DNA of 64,000 nt from Escherichia coli phage vB_EcoS_Ace, in the sequence record MT833283.1, one strand, 5' to 3'. A program made the translations under genes and the position numbers. The notes below the pieces were generated by a model. It was not told where the DNA came from. It did not search any database and saw only the letters and a program-made list of their open reading frames with translations. Shown here one piece after another: positions 15,389 to 25,089 of the stretch. The first letter of the stretch is position 1, and each line of letters begins with the position of its first letter.

Positions 15389-15601
15389 TTAAAGAGCTGT
15401 CTCTTTAATAGACTCCCACTGTTTGGGGTCTTTCAGAGGAAGTTCCTCTTCTTCAAACAGGTCTGTTCCATTTTCACTAACATCCCAGTTTTCTTCCATG
15501 ATTTCTTCTAGAAGCTCATGTTTAGAAAGACGAGTGTAGTCTCTAGCAGACTTGTGAGTGCTAGCACGGTTAAAATCATTCTTTGCAACGAAGTTACGCA
15601 T
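15389..15601 (-). CDS. hypothetical acidic protein
   Basis: 70 aa ORF. Confidence 0.45.
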   Translation of the reverse strand: MRNFVAKNDFNRASTHKSARDYTRLSKHELLEEIMEENWDVSENGTDLFEEEELPLKDPKQWESIKETAL

Positions 15602-15611
15602 AGTTTCTCCA

Positions 15612-15634
15612 AATAAGAGGGGCTTTCGCCCCCT
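15612..15634 (-). terminator. hairpin terminator (GGGGCTTTCGCCCC family)
   Basis: GC hairpin then T-run on the minus strand; a near-identical hairpin occurs at 15896-15918. Confidence 0.5.
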
Positions 15635-15642
15635 GATTTAAA

Positions 15643-15858
15643 TTACTTGCCCAGCAGTTTAAGGATATTTTCCTTAATAGTTTGAGCAGATTTTTCACTC
15701 TTATTGGTTTCAGCCAGTTTCAGAGCGAGTTCTTCCTGCTGTTTCTGAATATCAGCAGCAGTTTTCTGGTCAGCTTCAATACGAGCTTGAAGTTCATCAG
15801 TAATAGTGGTAAAGGAAGCAACGATTTCAGTAACGGAACGTGGTTTCTTAGAGAACAT
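15643..15858 (-). CDS. hypothetical coiled-coil protein
   Basis: 71 aa ORF. Confidence 0.45.
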   Translation of the reverse strand: MFSKKPRSVTEIVASFTTITDELQARIEADQKTAADIQKQQEELALKLAETNKSEKSAQTIKENILKLLGK

Positions 15859-15919
15859 AAAAATATCCTTGATTAGTCAGAGAAAGAGTTAGTATATGGG
15901 GCTTTCGCCCCCTCAATCA

Positions 15920-16435
15920 TTACTTCGCTTTACGCTTACGAGTAGGTTTAGCGGATTTACGATCAGAAGCACCAGTAAACTTAATACCGATACCGTAGCA
16001 CAGAGCGCGAACGTTGTCACGGCTATACTCTACACCTAAAATATTCGGTTTAACGGAGCCAAACTGTCCACGGGATTCACGCATTACGTCAGCCATTGGC
16101 TTACGCTTCTGATTGACTGCTTTTTCGTAGTCTTTCAGAGCCATACCGTTGCGGGCGAACATCTCAGCACCGCCGTTAAAGCTCAGAGTTACAGGTACAG
16201 ACTTATGACCTTCACCCTTGATGAACACAACCTGCTTAGCAGTTGCGCGAGTAGAGTTCTTGGCCTTCGGCTTCTGGCGAACCGGAGCCGCAGACTTCAG
16301 GGCAGTCTGAGCCTGAGCATCAGTAGGATGCTTACGCAGATGACGTTCCAGACGAGCCTTACGATTGGCCTCGGTCTGAGCGAAAGTTTTAACTGCCGGA
16401 GCTGCCTGAGTTTTTGCGTTTTTCTGCTTAGCCAT
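15920..16435 (-). CDS. Lys/Ala-rich basic protein (possible nucleic-acid-binding)
   Basis: 171 aa; basic low-complexity N-terminus; host-like high-expression codon choices; T5-type promoter upstream (16440-16518). Confidence 0.55.
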   Translation of the reverse strand: MAKQKNAKTQAAPAVKTFAQTEANRKARLERHLRKHPTDAQAQTALKSAAPVRQKPKAKNSTRATAKQVVFIKGEGHKSVPVTLSFNGGAEMFARNGMALKDYEKAVNQKRKPMADVMRESRGQFGSVKPNILGVEYSRDNVRALCYGIGIKFTGASDRKSAKPTRKRKAK

Positions 16436-16518
16436 TATTTGTTTTCCTTTTTGTTGATCAATTTATGAGATATATTATACGAAATTTTGAAGCGTTTAGC
16501 AAATGAATTTTTTAAAAA

Positions 16519-16797
16519 TTATCTGCCGATCATCTTAGCTTGTTCCTCACTGGAAACGTACTGATAACCACCCTTGTTATATGCAGGAGCAGTACACAGT
16601 TTCTTGCGCTCAATTTCTTCTTGAGCTTTGCGTTCCCTTTCGGCTAATTCTTCATCTAGATAAACTAGACGCTGCTCCGGAGGTGGTGGAAGCCTAGTTT
16701 CTGGCTCACCAATATTTGCCTTTCTGATCTGACGCGGAGATTGTGCGCGTTTTCTCAAAGGTTTAAATCCTAATGAATTTGAGTTGTAAATTCGCAT
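16519..16797 (-). CDS. hypothetical protein
   Basis: 92 aa ORF with promoter at about 16800-16870. Confidence 0.5.
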   Translation of the reverse strand: MRIYNSNSLGFKPLRKRAQSPRQIRKANIGEPETRLPPPPEQRLVYLDEELAERERKAQEEIERKKLCTAPAYNKGGYQYVSSEEQAKMIGR

Positions 16798-16873
16798 AAA
16801 GCCCTCCTCACTTTCAATACGAATATTATACTAAATTCGAGGGCTTTAAGCAAGTGAATTTTTAAATTATTTA

Positions 16874-17362
16874 TTACATCTCAGCAAGTTCTTGCTCAGT
16901 AATTACAGTATTGCATAGAGCATCAACTTCTTCATTACCACGAATACCTGAGTGACCTTTAACCTTAACAAAGGTTGGATTGGTATCATGGAAGTTAATA
17001 TACTGTTGAGTTAGTTTAAATGCTTCTTGCCAGAGTTCTAGATTAAGAGGAGTTTCACCATCTCCCTTCTTCCAGCCTTTCTTCTGCCAAGACCACATCC
17101 AGCTTTCCATACCATTTTTGCAGTAAGCAGAATCAGTGTAGATAATTACTGGACGATTATCTTTCTTAGTAGACCAACGAAGAACTTCTACAATTGCAGT
17201 AAGTTCCATTTCGTTATTAGTAGTTTTAGGGCTGAAGCCAGATTTAGAGCCAATACGATCATCATTATCATTATAGACAACGAATCCCCACGCACCTAAA
17301 CCAGGATTGCCTTTACATGCACCATCTGTATATATGTGGAAAACCGACATTATTTGCTCCAA
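16874..17362 (-). CDS. rnhA: ribonuclease H
   Basis: 162 aa; RNase HI motifs YTDGACKGNPG...ELTAI...YTDSAY...GH. Confidence 0.85.
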   Translation of the reverse strand: MEQIMSVFHIYTDGACKGNPGLGAWGFVVYNDNDDRIGSKSGFSPKTTNNEMELTAIVEVLRWSTKKDNRPVIIYTDSAYCKNGMESWMWSWQKKGWKKGDGETPLNLELWQEAFKLTQQYINFHDTNPTFVKVKGHSGIRGNEEVDALCNTVITEQELAEM

Positions 17363-17619
17363 TCAATTTCAAGCCAAAAACCTTCACGTTGCTCATACTT
17401 AGCTTCCACAACATAACCTAGTTTGCTAAGTTTTTGCATGACGCTATTTCTAGCGTTTTCTGAGTATTCAGTTAATCCCTGGATGTGACAATTAAATTCT
17501 TTATCTTTAATAGCTTTGTCAATCTCTACGGCAATAAGTGATTCTAGGTCAATTACTTCCTTTTTAATGCTAGCAATAGTATTTTGTTTTGCTTCTAGAG
17601 CAGATAAAAGAATAGACAT
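17350..17619 (-). CDS. hypothetical protein
   Basis: 89 aa ORF overlapping the RNase H start by 13 nt. Confidence 0.5.
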   Translation of the reverse strand: MSILLSALEAKQNTIASIKKEVIDLESLIAVEIDKAIKDKEFNCHIQGLTEYSENARNSVMQKLSKLGYVVEAKYEQREGFWLEIDWSK

Positions 17620-17621
17620 AT

Positions 17622-18200
17622 TTATTCTCCAATTACTAAAACATCATGTTGAGAAGATACACCACACATATAATCTGCACAATGCGTAAAAGCCAGATCA
17701 ATGATTTCAAATATATCATCTACATCTAAATCTGTGGCTCGACAATACGCAATAGCTAAACCTGTACGAATACTGGAAAGTACATCTTCTCCTCCACAGC
17801 CTACACCGGCATATTCAACTTCTAGAATAGAAGCATTAGATTGGAAAATAAAGATTCTTCCTTTGTAGAGCATAATAAATTGTCCCAGATTAGGTTCAGC
17901 ATATTTTTCATTTTTCTTTTCGCCAAAATCTTTCTGGTTAAACATATCACGTAATTTAGGTACTATTTCCGTGTATAAATATTTATCATCAGAAATATCT
18001 GCTAAACGTGGTGGTACAGTAAAGCTATGCTCTAGTAATTGTCCCATGTAGAAGGAACTAGTGTATCCGAAGTACAAATCATCAGAGATTTTGAATACTT
18101 TCGGATTTTTAACCAGCAGTTTCGTATAGCCATTAGAACCCATACGATCACCAGCTAAGTATACTTTATCTTTATATTTAAATGCTACTATGGCTGTCAT
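17622..18200 (-). CDS. Ntn-hydrolase, HslV/proteasome-beta-like
   Basis: 192 aa; Thr immediately after iMet (MTAIVAFKYKDKVYLAGD) like the HslV N-terminal nucleophile; Gly-rich AGVGCGGEDV segment. Confidence 0.55.
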   Translation of the reverse strand: MTAIVAFKYKDKVYLAGDRMGSNGYTKLLVKNPKVFKISDDLYFGYTSSFYMGQLLEHSFTVPPRLADISDDKYLYTEIVPKLRDMFNQKDFGEKKNEKYAEPNLGQFIMLYKGRIFIFQSNASILEVEYAGVGCGGEDVLSSIRTGLAIAYCRATDLDVDDIFEIIDLAFTHCADYMCGVSSQHDVLVIGE

Positions 18201-18298
18201 TATTAAATCCTTCTGTCAAATTAGAAGTATATTATATTTAAATTTCACTCAGTAAGCAAATGAAATTTAAATATAATAGCCCCGAAGGGCTATTTGAA

Positions 18299-18652
18299 TT
18301 AGATTATAATCAAGATTATTAGGGCGTATGTCAGATAATGCAGTAACTGATCAAATCCTAAAGCTATCCAAAACTTAGCATCGCTTATAGCGTATTTACA
18401 GCGTTGTGCTTTCCAATAATCTATAATAAAGTGTAGAATTAATTCCATAATAGCTAAAGCTATAGACATTCCTGGTGATGTGAATAGGATTAGAATTGCA
18501 AATGTTAATCCAGCATGTACTAGCGAATGGGTTAATAATGGAAGTTTCCACCCTATTTTATGCGTCTTTCTTAGCATATATGGTGTTTGGAGTGGATAAT
18601 CGGCCATAAAATGTTTTAGAAATAATATGACAAATAATAGTATAATTAACAT
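18299..18652 (-). CDS. small integral membrane protein
   Basis: 117 aa, strongly hydrophobic with three or four predicted TM segments. Confidence 0.55.
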   Translation of the reverse strand: MLIILLFVILFLKHFMADYPLQTPYMLRKTHKIGWKLPLLTHSLVHAGLTFAILILFTSPGMSIALAIMELILHFIIDYWKAQRCKYAISDAKFWIALGFDQLLHYLTYALIILIII

Positions 18653-18655
18653 ATG

Positions 18656-19510
18656 TTACACCGTAAATGGATATGCAATAGCAGGATGGTGTTCATAGCC
18701 ACGAACAGTAAAATCATCCTTACTTACCCACGTTAATACATCATCCAAAGTTCTAATATTTGGATTGATTTCTAAAGTAGGAGGTGCAAAAGGTTCACGA
18801 TCGAATTGCTTGTGCTCCATCAGAACATTATACTGATCTTCATAGATATGAAGATTAATAATCTTTTGACGAGCAATACCTGGCTTAAGACCTGTAATCT
18901 GTGCCATAATAGCTAGAAGTGCATAGCATTGCACCATATTAAATACTTGGCCCAGCAAGAAATCATTAGACCTCTGGAAAGAGTTTAGGTATAGTGTATC
19001 ACCTAAAATAGAGAATTGATGGGTATGCATACACGGACGTAGGCATCCTTTACGAAATTCCCCAGGGTTCCAAAAAGTTAAAATTTCTCCACGATCGTCA
19101 ATCCCTCTTTTCAAATTATGATAGACTTTGGCTAACTGATCAAATACCATACCATCAGAATTAGTCCAATGACGTCCTTGAACACCATAAACTCGTCCCA
19201 TATCATCCTCGCCTTTACGGAATGGATTACCTAGCCAGGCAATATTTTCATTTGCATTAGCATTCCATGTATTAACACCAATAGCGCGGAATTGTGCTGC
19301 TGAGTCGTACCCACGGAGATATCCGATCATTTCCATTATTGCTTGTTTAGCAAATGCTTTACGAGTAGTTACTAGCGGCAGTTCTCCTGCTCCTACGTTA
19401 AAGGTAAAGTCTGCATCAATAATGGTTAGGCAACGAACCCCTGTTCTAGGATTCGTTACCCATACACCCTCTTCAAGAATACGTTTTCCAGTTTCAATAT
19501 ATTGCTTCAT
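18656..19510 (-). CDS. thyA: thymidylate synthase
   Basis: 284 aa; ThyA-like region [43 protein letters not shown] aligns with the ThyA active-site region by eye. Confidence 0.85.
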   Translation of the reverse strand: MKQYIETGKRILEEGVWVTNPRTGVRCLTIIDADFTFNVGAGELPLVTTRKAFAKQAIMEMIGYLRGYDSAAQFRAIGVNTWNANANENIAWLGNPFRKGEDDMGRVYGVQGRHWTNSDGMVFDQLAKVYHNLKRGIDDRGEILTFWNPGEFRKGCLRPCMHTHQFSILGDTLYLNSFQRSNDFLLGQVFNMVQCYALLAIMAQITGLKPGIARQKIINLHIYEDQYNVLMEHKQFDREPFAPPTLEINPNIRTLDDVLTWVSKDDFTVRGYEHHPAIAYPFTV

Positions 19511-20037
19511 TTAAATATCACCAATTCTTGTAAGAATGAAAGCGTTTTATCTGCATTCTGTCCTGCCACATAGTCCATTCTAGTTGCCATTGAATTAGTT
19601 AAAGTAATATGATGATGCAGATGTACATCAGCAGATAATGGTGTGGCTGAAGTAATAGTAGAGATATACGCCATATCTAGATGATTTTTGACATACATTT
19701 CAAGAAGCAGAGTTGCTCCCCCTAATACTACAGTTACCTCTTCCTTGAGAAAATCAGGCAGACGGTATCCAATGTTGCTTATGCGTGTAGCTGATCCTAC
19801 AGAGTTAGGTAGTGGTCTATTTGCATAAATAAATAGGTCAGAATCTCCTAGTATTCTTTTTTGCAGAGTCTCAGGGAAGGCTAACCAAGTTCCTGCTCCT
19901 ACAATAATATTATCAGGTGCTAGAGAATCCAAAGTAGCATAGAAAGTATTTAGTTCTTCTTTGAAAGAACCCCAAGGGAGTTTACCATTGAGGCCGAACT
20001 CCCCATTCGGCCCAGTTGCATAGATTGCTGCTATCAT
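19507..20037 (-). CDS. folA: dihydrofolate reductase
   Basis: 176 aa; N-terminal [21 protein letters not shown] and VLGGATL resemble DHFR signatures; stop/start overlap with thyA. Confidence 0.7.
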   Translation of the reverse strand: MIAAIYATGPNGEFGLNGKLPWGSFKEELNTFYATLDSLAPDNIIVGAGTWLAFPETLQKRILGDSDLFIYANRPLPNSVGSATRISNIGYRLPDFLKEEVTVVLGGATLLLEMYVKNHLDMAYISTITSATPLSADVHLHHHITLTNSMATRMDYVAGQNADKTLSFLQELVIFK

Positions 20038-21182
20038 TAGAACATGCCCTCAAATTCGTTACCCAGATCTTTCAGGGTATCAGCAGAAGTTTCAGTTACC
20101 TGACCCACACGATATGCTGCACCAATCTGGATTTCTTGTGGGGCAGGCTGTAAGGAAGTAGTATCCAGCCAGTTCATAATCCACGGAATAGGGTTCTTAG
20201 TAATTACAGGTAAGTGGCTTGGCCATTCTACACCAATGTGCATAAATGCGTTACGTCCTACAAAGTAAAGGTATTCTTCAAGCAGTTCTGCGTTCAAACC
20301 AATCAGACTACGGCCTTTAAAGATAAAGTGACCCCATTCAATCTCAGTTTTCAGAGTTTTTAGGAGTTGTGTTGGTGCTTTAGCTAATGCTTCATCTACC
20401 AGATCTTTATCAAACTGCTGGAACATAATCTGGATGATAGCTTTAGACATTTGAGTATGTAGAGCTTCATCTTTAGCGATTAATTGCAGGTTCTTAGCAA
20501 TACCTTGCAGAATATCGTTCTCTGCTAGAGCAAAGGTACATGCAAAGGATGCGTAGAACTGCATTGCTTCTAGACCGTAGATTGCAAAGTAAGCGTCTAA
20601 CAGTTTAGCCTGAGTTTCACGTTTAACTTCAGGGAACTCAGTTTCTGGATAAGTATTATCACCACGATGATCACGTACTGCAAGGAAATACTGGCCTAAC
20701 AGATACAATTCATCAAACAGTTCAACAGAATCTGCGATACGTGCAAATGCTTCTTGGTTTTTAGTTACAGAATCAATAAATTCTGCTGGATCAGTCAGAA
20801 CGTTACGAATAATGTTACTATATGCACGGCTATGCAGATCTTCGAAGTAGCTCCACTGCTTGAGCATACCCTCCAATTCAGGACGGCTTACAAGCGGCAT
20901 AATAGCTGCTTCAGGAGCACGGCTAATGAAAGAATCTGTTTGGGTCTGCCATGCTAAGTTCAGGAGAGTAATTTCCTGAATATCACGCGGAAGGTTTGGC
21001 CATTGTTTCTTATCAGCTTCCAGACTGATTTCAGTTTCAGTCCAAAATTGAGAACGTTGCAGAAGTGCTAGACGCTCAAGTTCAGGATGTGCTACACGAA
21101 CGTAATCTGCGATACCAAGAGAATCGCCCAGGAAAAGGTCAGCGTTAGTATGATCCCAATTCAGGTTTAGTAAAGTAGTCAT
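20037..21182 (-). CDS. nrdB: ribonucleotide reductase class Ia small subunit
   Basis: 381 aa ferritin-like protein placed directly downstream of nrdA. Confidence 0.85.
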   Translation of the reverse strand: MTTLLNLNWDHTNADLFLGDSLGIADYVRVAHPELERLALLQRSQFWTETEISLEADKKQWPNLPRDIQEITLLNLAWQTQTDSFISRAPEAAIMPLVSRPELEGMLKQWSYFEDLHSRAYSNIIRNVLTDPAEFIDSVTKNQEAFARIADSVELFDELYLLGQYFLAVRDHRGDNTYPETEFPEVKRETQAKLLDAYFAIYGLEAMQFYASFACTFALAENDILQGIAKNLQLIAKDEALHTQMSKAIIQIMFQQFDKDLVDEALAKAPTQLLKTLKTEIEWGHFIFKGRSLIGLNAELLEEYLYFVGRNAFMHIGVEWPSHLPVITKNPIPWIMNWLDTTSLQPAPQEIQIGAAYRVGQVTETSADTLKDLGNEFEGMF

Positions 21183-21254
21183 TGATTTTCCTCTTTCTCA
21201 CTATTTCAGGAATATTATAGCAAATCTGGTAGCGATTAGCAAGTAAAATTTCAA

Positions 21255-21284
21255 AGAAAAAGGAGACCCGAAGATCTCCTTGTT
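21255..21284 (-). terminator. hairpin terminator after nrdA
   Basis: Inverted repeat GGAGATCTTCGGGTCTCC then TTTTCTTTG on the minus strand. Confidence 0.55.
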
Positions 21285-21288
21285 TTTA

Positions 21289-23724
21289 TTATAGGTTACA
21301 ACCACCGGATGCACAACCTGCTGCTTCTTCACCAGCTCCACCACCATTTTCAGTGTTGAAGTTAGCGTAGTACCAAGTTTTCCAACCGTACTTAACAGCA
21401 GTCATGAAATCACGAACTACTACTGGACCAGGAATGATTTCATTCTCAAACTTGGTGTAGTCATAGTACATATTCGTACTGATAGACTGACTGAAAAATT
21501 TCTGCATGGTTGCTACCCATTTGATCCACTCGATACGATCTACATCATAAGCCAGTTTATAGCTCATTAATATATCCCAATCGGTTGCACCTGGAGCAAT
21601 TGCAATTACTTTATTCACTGCACTACCCTTGATAGATACAATCTTACGAGGTGGTTCAATAGAGTTAGTAACACCTAGCAGTACAGAGGAACTTTCACCC
21701 GGCATCTGAGCAGTCAGAACAGAGTTACGCATACCGTATTTCAGGATATCTGCACGCAGAGATTCCCAATCCATTTCTAGACCTACGGTTACCAGTTCAT
21801 CAACAGTTTTCTTGTACGTGTCGATTACCAGAGTTCCTTTGGATGGCTTAGTACGATTAAACCAGTCACATGCACCTTGTTCTTTAGCCAGACGTACAGA
21901 TGCTTTGTGCAGGAAGTAAGACAGTTTTTCAGCTTCACGGTGAATCCAGTTACGAGCTTCAACACCTTCGTAAGCCAAACCTTCTGCTGCCATTGCACCT
22001 GCTGCGTTCATCAGGCCAATACCAACGTTTCGACGTTTCTTAGCCGTGTATTCCATAGTTGGGAATGGGTAATCCTGAATCTCGATGATTGTATCAACTA
22101 ATTTCAGAAGGATGTAGCAAGTTTTCTCCCATTCAGCCAGAGATTCCATGCGGCCTAGTACAACACCACCTAAGTTACACAGAGATACTTCACCAATATC
22201 TTCTGGACGCATATCGTCTAACTGATCTTGGGTTTTATACAGTTCCGTAATGTGATGGAATGGACGGGTTGGCTGAGTAATTTCAACACAAAGGTTGGTC
22301 ATACGAATCGGGTCAAGGAAGTTACCATGACGGTTAGATTCACCAATGTGATGAGCATACATACGCCCTGTTTCCATACGGATACGTAACCAAGTATCTA
22401 GGATTTCTTTTGCAGAGATTCTAGGAGCTGCTGGAATTGTTTTTCCTTCGTGGTCGGTCTTTGTAAGAGATGCCACACGTTTCTCCGCTGCCACGTAGAT
22501 TTCTTCAAACTTAGCCTCATCTTCACCATAAAACGCTTCATGAACTTCTGGTGCGTAGAAGTAGGACATTAGCGTAATATCTTCGTTTTTCAGGTAACGT
22601 TTTAACAGAAGGTTGTTAAAGCTCAGAGAATAATCCATCTTATCGATTTTATTCTCGTCTGTAGCACGTTGCTGCTTAACCTGCATCAACTGAATGATTT
22701 CAGGATCGAAGTATGGATAAGACACAGTAGCAGAACCGCCACGGGTTTGCTGAGTGTTAGCTTTTACTGAACGGTCAATGTGTCTATAATATGGCAGTTT
22801 TCCGGAATGCGGGAATGCCCCATTTCGCACCGGATCAGCAATTGATCGGCTTTCAAGATGATACCCGATTCCCGCTCTGGCTGCGACCATTTTGAAGACG
22901 ATATGCTCGGCTGTGTCGATTGAATCGAGGGTATCAGTACTATCAACAAGACAACAAGAAGCAAAACCGCGGTCGCTGCTCCTAAGACCCACGAGAGGTG
23001 GAGTAGGAACGTTGATTTTGTGGAGCGACATTGCATTGTAGAGGTCGATTGCATCTAGAATTGTCCAGTTAGGTTGAGATAACATCGCCATTGCCATACC
23101 CATGTAAGCAAACTGCGGGGTTTCATAAATTTCACCAGTTGCAATATTACGACGGGAATACTTGTCGAAGAACTGTTTCAGCCCACCACTGGTGAATAAA
23201 CGATCGCGATCATGATCAATAACTTGATTCAGAGCATCAAACTGATCATCGCTAATCCATGCACTCATGTCTTCCCAAGCTCCAACACTAACCATATGAT
23301 CGTGGAAGAAACGCAGAGAAGGAGGCTCGAAGGAGTCATATAGACGTTTACGCATCTGCGCAAGACGTAATTCCTTAGCTGGCACATCATATGCTGGGTT
23401 ATCTTTGATAAGACCTTCAGCGGCTTTAATTAACGCATCCATTAGGGTGTCGGAGTCTACAACACCTTTAGGTAGAGTTTTTTGAGCAGCCATAGTGATG
23501 GATGACCAGCTTACATCAACTGTTTTGCAGCCATACACTGCCCAACCATTGAGTTTTTCAGGAGCAAAGTCTTCTACAGTACCGTCACGTTTGATTACTT
23601 TTTCTATGCGATGGCTCATTTGGCTTTCCTTTTTGTAGTTATCAGGATTTAGGAAATAGTTTACTTTATTCTCAGTCATTTGGCAAATAAAATTTTCTGA
23701 TAGAAAAGGCCCGAGTATTTTCAT
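21289..23724 (-). CDS. nrdA: ribonucleotide reductase class Ia large subunit
   Basis: 811 aa; active-site NLCVEI, C-terminal Cys pair GCASGGCNL; an alternative start at ATG 23619 (MSHRIEK, RBS AAAGGAAAG) would give 776 aa. Confidence 0.9.
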   Translation of the reverse strand: MKILGPFLSENFICQMTENKVNYFLNPDNYKKESQMSHRIEKVIKRDGTVEDFAPEKLNGWAVYGCKTVDVSWSSITMAAQKTLPKGVVDSDTLMDALIKAAEGLIKDNPAYDVPAKELRLAQMRKRLYDSFEPPSLRFFHDHMVSVGAWEDMSAWISDDQFDALNQVIDHDRDRLFTSGGLKQFFDKYSRRNIATGEIYETPQFAYMGMAMAMLSQPNWTILDAIDLYNAMSLHKINVPTPPLVGLRSSDRGFASCCLVDSTDTLDSIDTAEHIVFKMVAARAGIGYHLESRSIADPVRNGAFPHSGKLPYYRHIDRSVKANTQQTRGGSATVSYPYFDPEIIQLMQVKQQRATDENKIDKMDYSLSFNNLLLKRYLKNEDITLMSYFYAPEVHEAFYGEDEAKFEEIYVAAEKRVASLTKTDHEGKTIPAAPRISAKEILDTWLRIRMETGRMYAHHIGESNRHGNFLDPIRMTNLCVEITQPTRPFHHITELYKTQDQLDDMRPEDIGEVSLCNLGGVVLGRMESLAEWEKTCYILLKLVDTIIEIQDYPFPTMEYTAKKRRNVGIGLMNAAGAMAAEGLAYEGVEARNWIHREAEKLSYFLHKASVRLAKEQGACDWFNRTKPSKGTLVIDTYKKTVDELVTVGLEMDWESLRADILKYGMRNSVLTAQMPGESSSVLLGVTNSIEPPRKIVSIKGSAVNKVIAIAPGATDWDILMSYKLAYDVDRIEWIKWVATMQKFFSQSISTNMYYDYTKFENEIIPGPVVVRDFMTAVKYGWKTWYYANFNTENGGGAGEEAAGCASGGCNL

Positions 23725-23740
23725 ACCCAGGCCTTCTATA

Positions 23741-23983
23741 TTACCAGTCTAGTTTTTCGGCTTGATTAATTACTTTTGCTTTCGCATTCGCCCTCAGAAG
23801 AATATCTACTGATGTTGAAAGTTCATTATAATTAAAAGGCCGATTTGGATTAGAGGCTACAATTTTCCACGCTAGGGTAGTCTTAGGACTTTCTTCCCCT
23901 TCCTTACGTGTAATCATATTAGCAGCACTCAGTGAAGTACGGTGGATCTTAGTTTTGCGGTGCAGATGTACGACGTTTCCCAT
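23741..23983 (-). CDS. hypothetical protein
   Basis: 80 aa ORF between phoH and nrdA. Confidence 0.5.
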   Translation of the reverse strand: MGNVVHLHRKTKIHRTSLSAANMITRKEGEESPKTTLAWKIVASNPNRPFNYNELSTSVDILLRANAKAKVINQAEKLDW

Positions 23984-23984
23984 A

Positions 23985-24746
23985 TTACACCTTCCCCATA
24001 TCCTTAAAGATATCGTAGAATGCTTTAGACTCTGGTGAGCGAACGTTGTCGATCAGTTCGATCATAGAGAAAGGAGAGTTTTCATACTTCTCATAGACTT
24101 CCATAAGAAGTGCTAGACCTGAATCACCCTTGATGTCTTTCTGAGCTATATCTCCACAGATAATTAAACGACAATCTTGTCCTACACGAGTCAAAAGACA
24201 GATCATTGCTTCAACGGAGATATTCTGAGCTTCATCGACAATTACATAGGAGTTGTTGAAAGTTCGGCCACGGGCATGTTCGATAGCCAGGAATTTGATT
24301 TTCTGACGTTCGACATATCCTTTGTAGGCATGATCACCGATTGCCCATTTCATACCATCGGCTATTGGTTCCAACCAAGGCTCTAGCTTTTCTGCTAGAT
24401 CACCTGGGAGCATACCAAGAGATTTACCTAGAGGTTCGTTCGGACGCACGAGGATCACTTGCTCAATATCTGAGTGAATGTCTACGAGTTCCTGAGCTGC
24501 AAGAACGGATGGAATAAAGGTTTTACCAGTACCTGGTTCACCTATACCCACAGTCACTGTGTTGTTCTTGATCATATTGATATATGATTTTTGCTCACGG
24601 TTTTTACCAACTAGGGATTTAGCAACTGGATTGGCGTAATCACCAGAGAAATCTGCTTGAATTACGTTACTCTCGTACTTGTTGCCACGCTTTCTTGAAC
24701 CATTGCGGTTCTCTCTTTTTTGACGTGCTTTTCCCATAAATAACAC
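23985..24746 (-). CDS. phoH: PhoH-like ATPase
   Basis: 253 aa; Walker A GEPGTGKTF, Walker B VIVDEAQN. Confidence 0.85.
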   Translation of the reverse strand: MLFMGKARQKRENRNGSRKRGNKYESNVIQADFSGDYANPVAKSLVGKNREQKSYINMIKNNTVTVGIGEPGTGKTFIPSVLAAQELVDIHSDIEQVILVRPNEPLGKSLGMLPGDLAEKLEPWLEPIADGMKWAIGDHAYKGYVERQKIKFLAIEHARGRTFNNSYVIVDEAQNISVEAMICLLTRVGQDCRLIICGDIAQKDIKGDSGLALLMEVYEKYENSPFSMIELIDNVRSPESKAFYDIFKDMGKV

Positions 24747-25031
24747 TCCTATAGTGTACTTCGCTAACAGAGGATCAACAAAAAGATCTTGTTTATCAAC
24801 TTACAAATATATTATACCAATATATACGGGAGAAAGCAACTACAATTTTAAATAAGCCTATGATATTGCATTTAAATAAAAAATTTGCTTGCTTTTATTG
24901 GGAAATGTATGGTACTAGATAATCATTTTATATCGCGTACACGGGTGCGTGATTATACTATTTTTAGTAGAGGTTGGCAAATAAAATTTTTTGACTCAGA
25001 TCAATTTACAGAATGTTATAGTAAAATATTG

Positions 25032-25060
25032 TTGACATCCGCCTTCGAATGAGTTATAAT
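25032..25060 (+). promoter_or_regulatory. consensus sigma70 promoter (TTGACA-17-TATAAT) upstream of nrdD
   Basis: ttgaca 25032-25037, tataat 25055-25060, then RBS GAGAAGGAGAG before the ATG at 25090. Confidence 0.7.
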
Positions 25061-25089
25061 AGTAGTCTTAGTTAGAGAAGGAGAGTATA

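Noticed and set aside
1110-24850. Possible CRISPR array or terminal-repeat signal from recurring ttatacag...agcaa units
   Set aside because: The units are about 50 bp promoter-leader cassettes spaced by whole genes, not short regularly spaced repeats with unique spacers.
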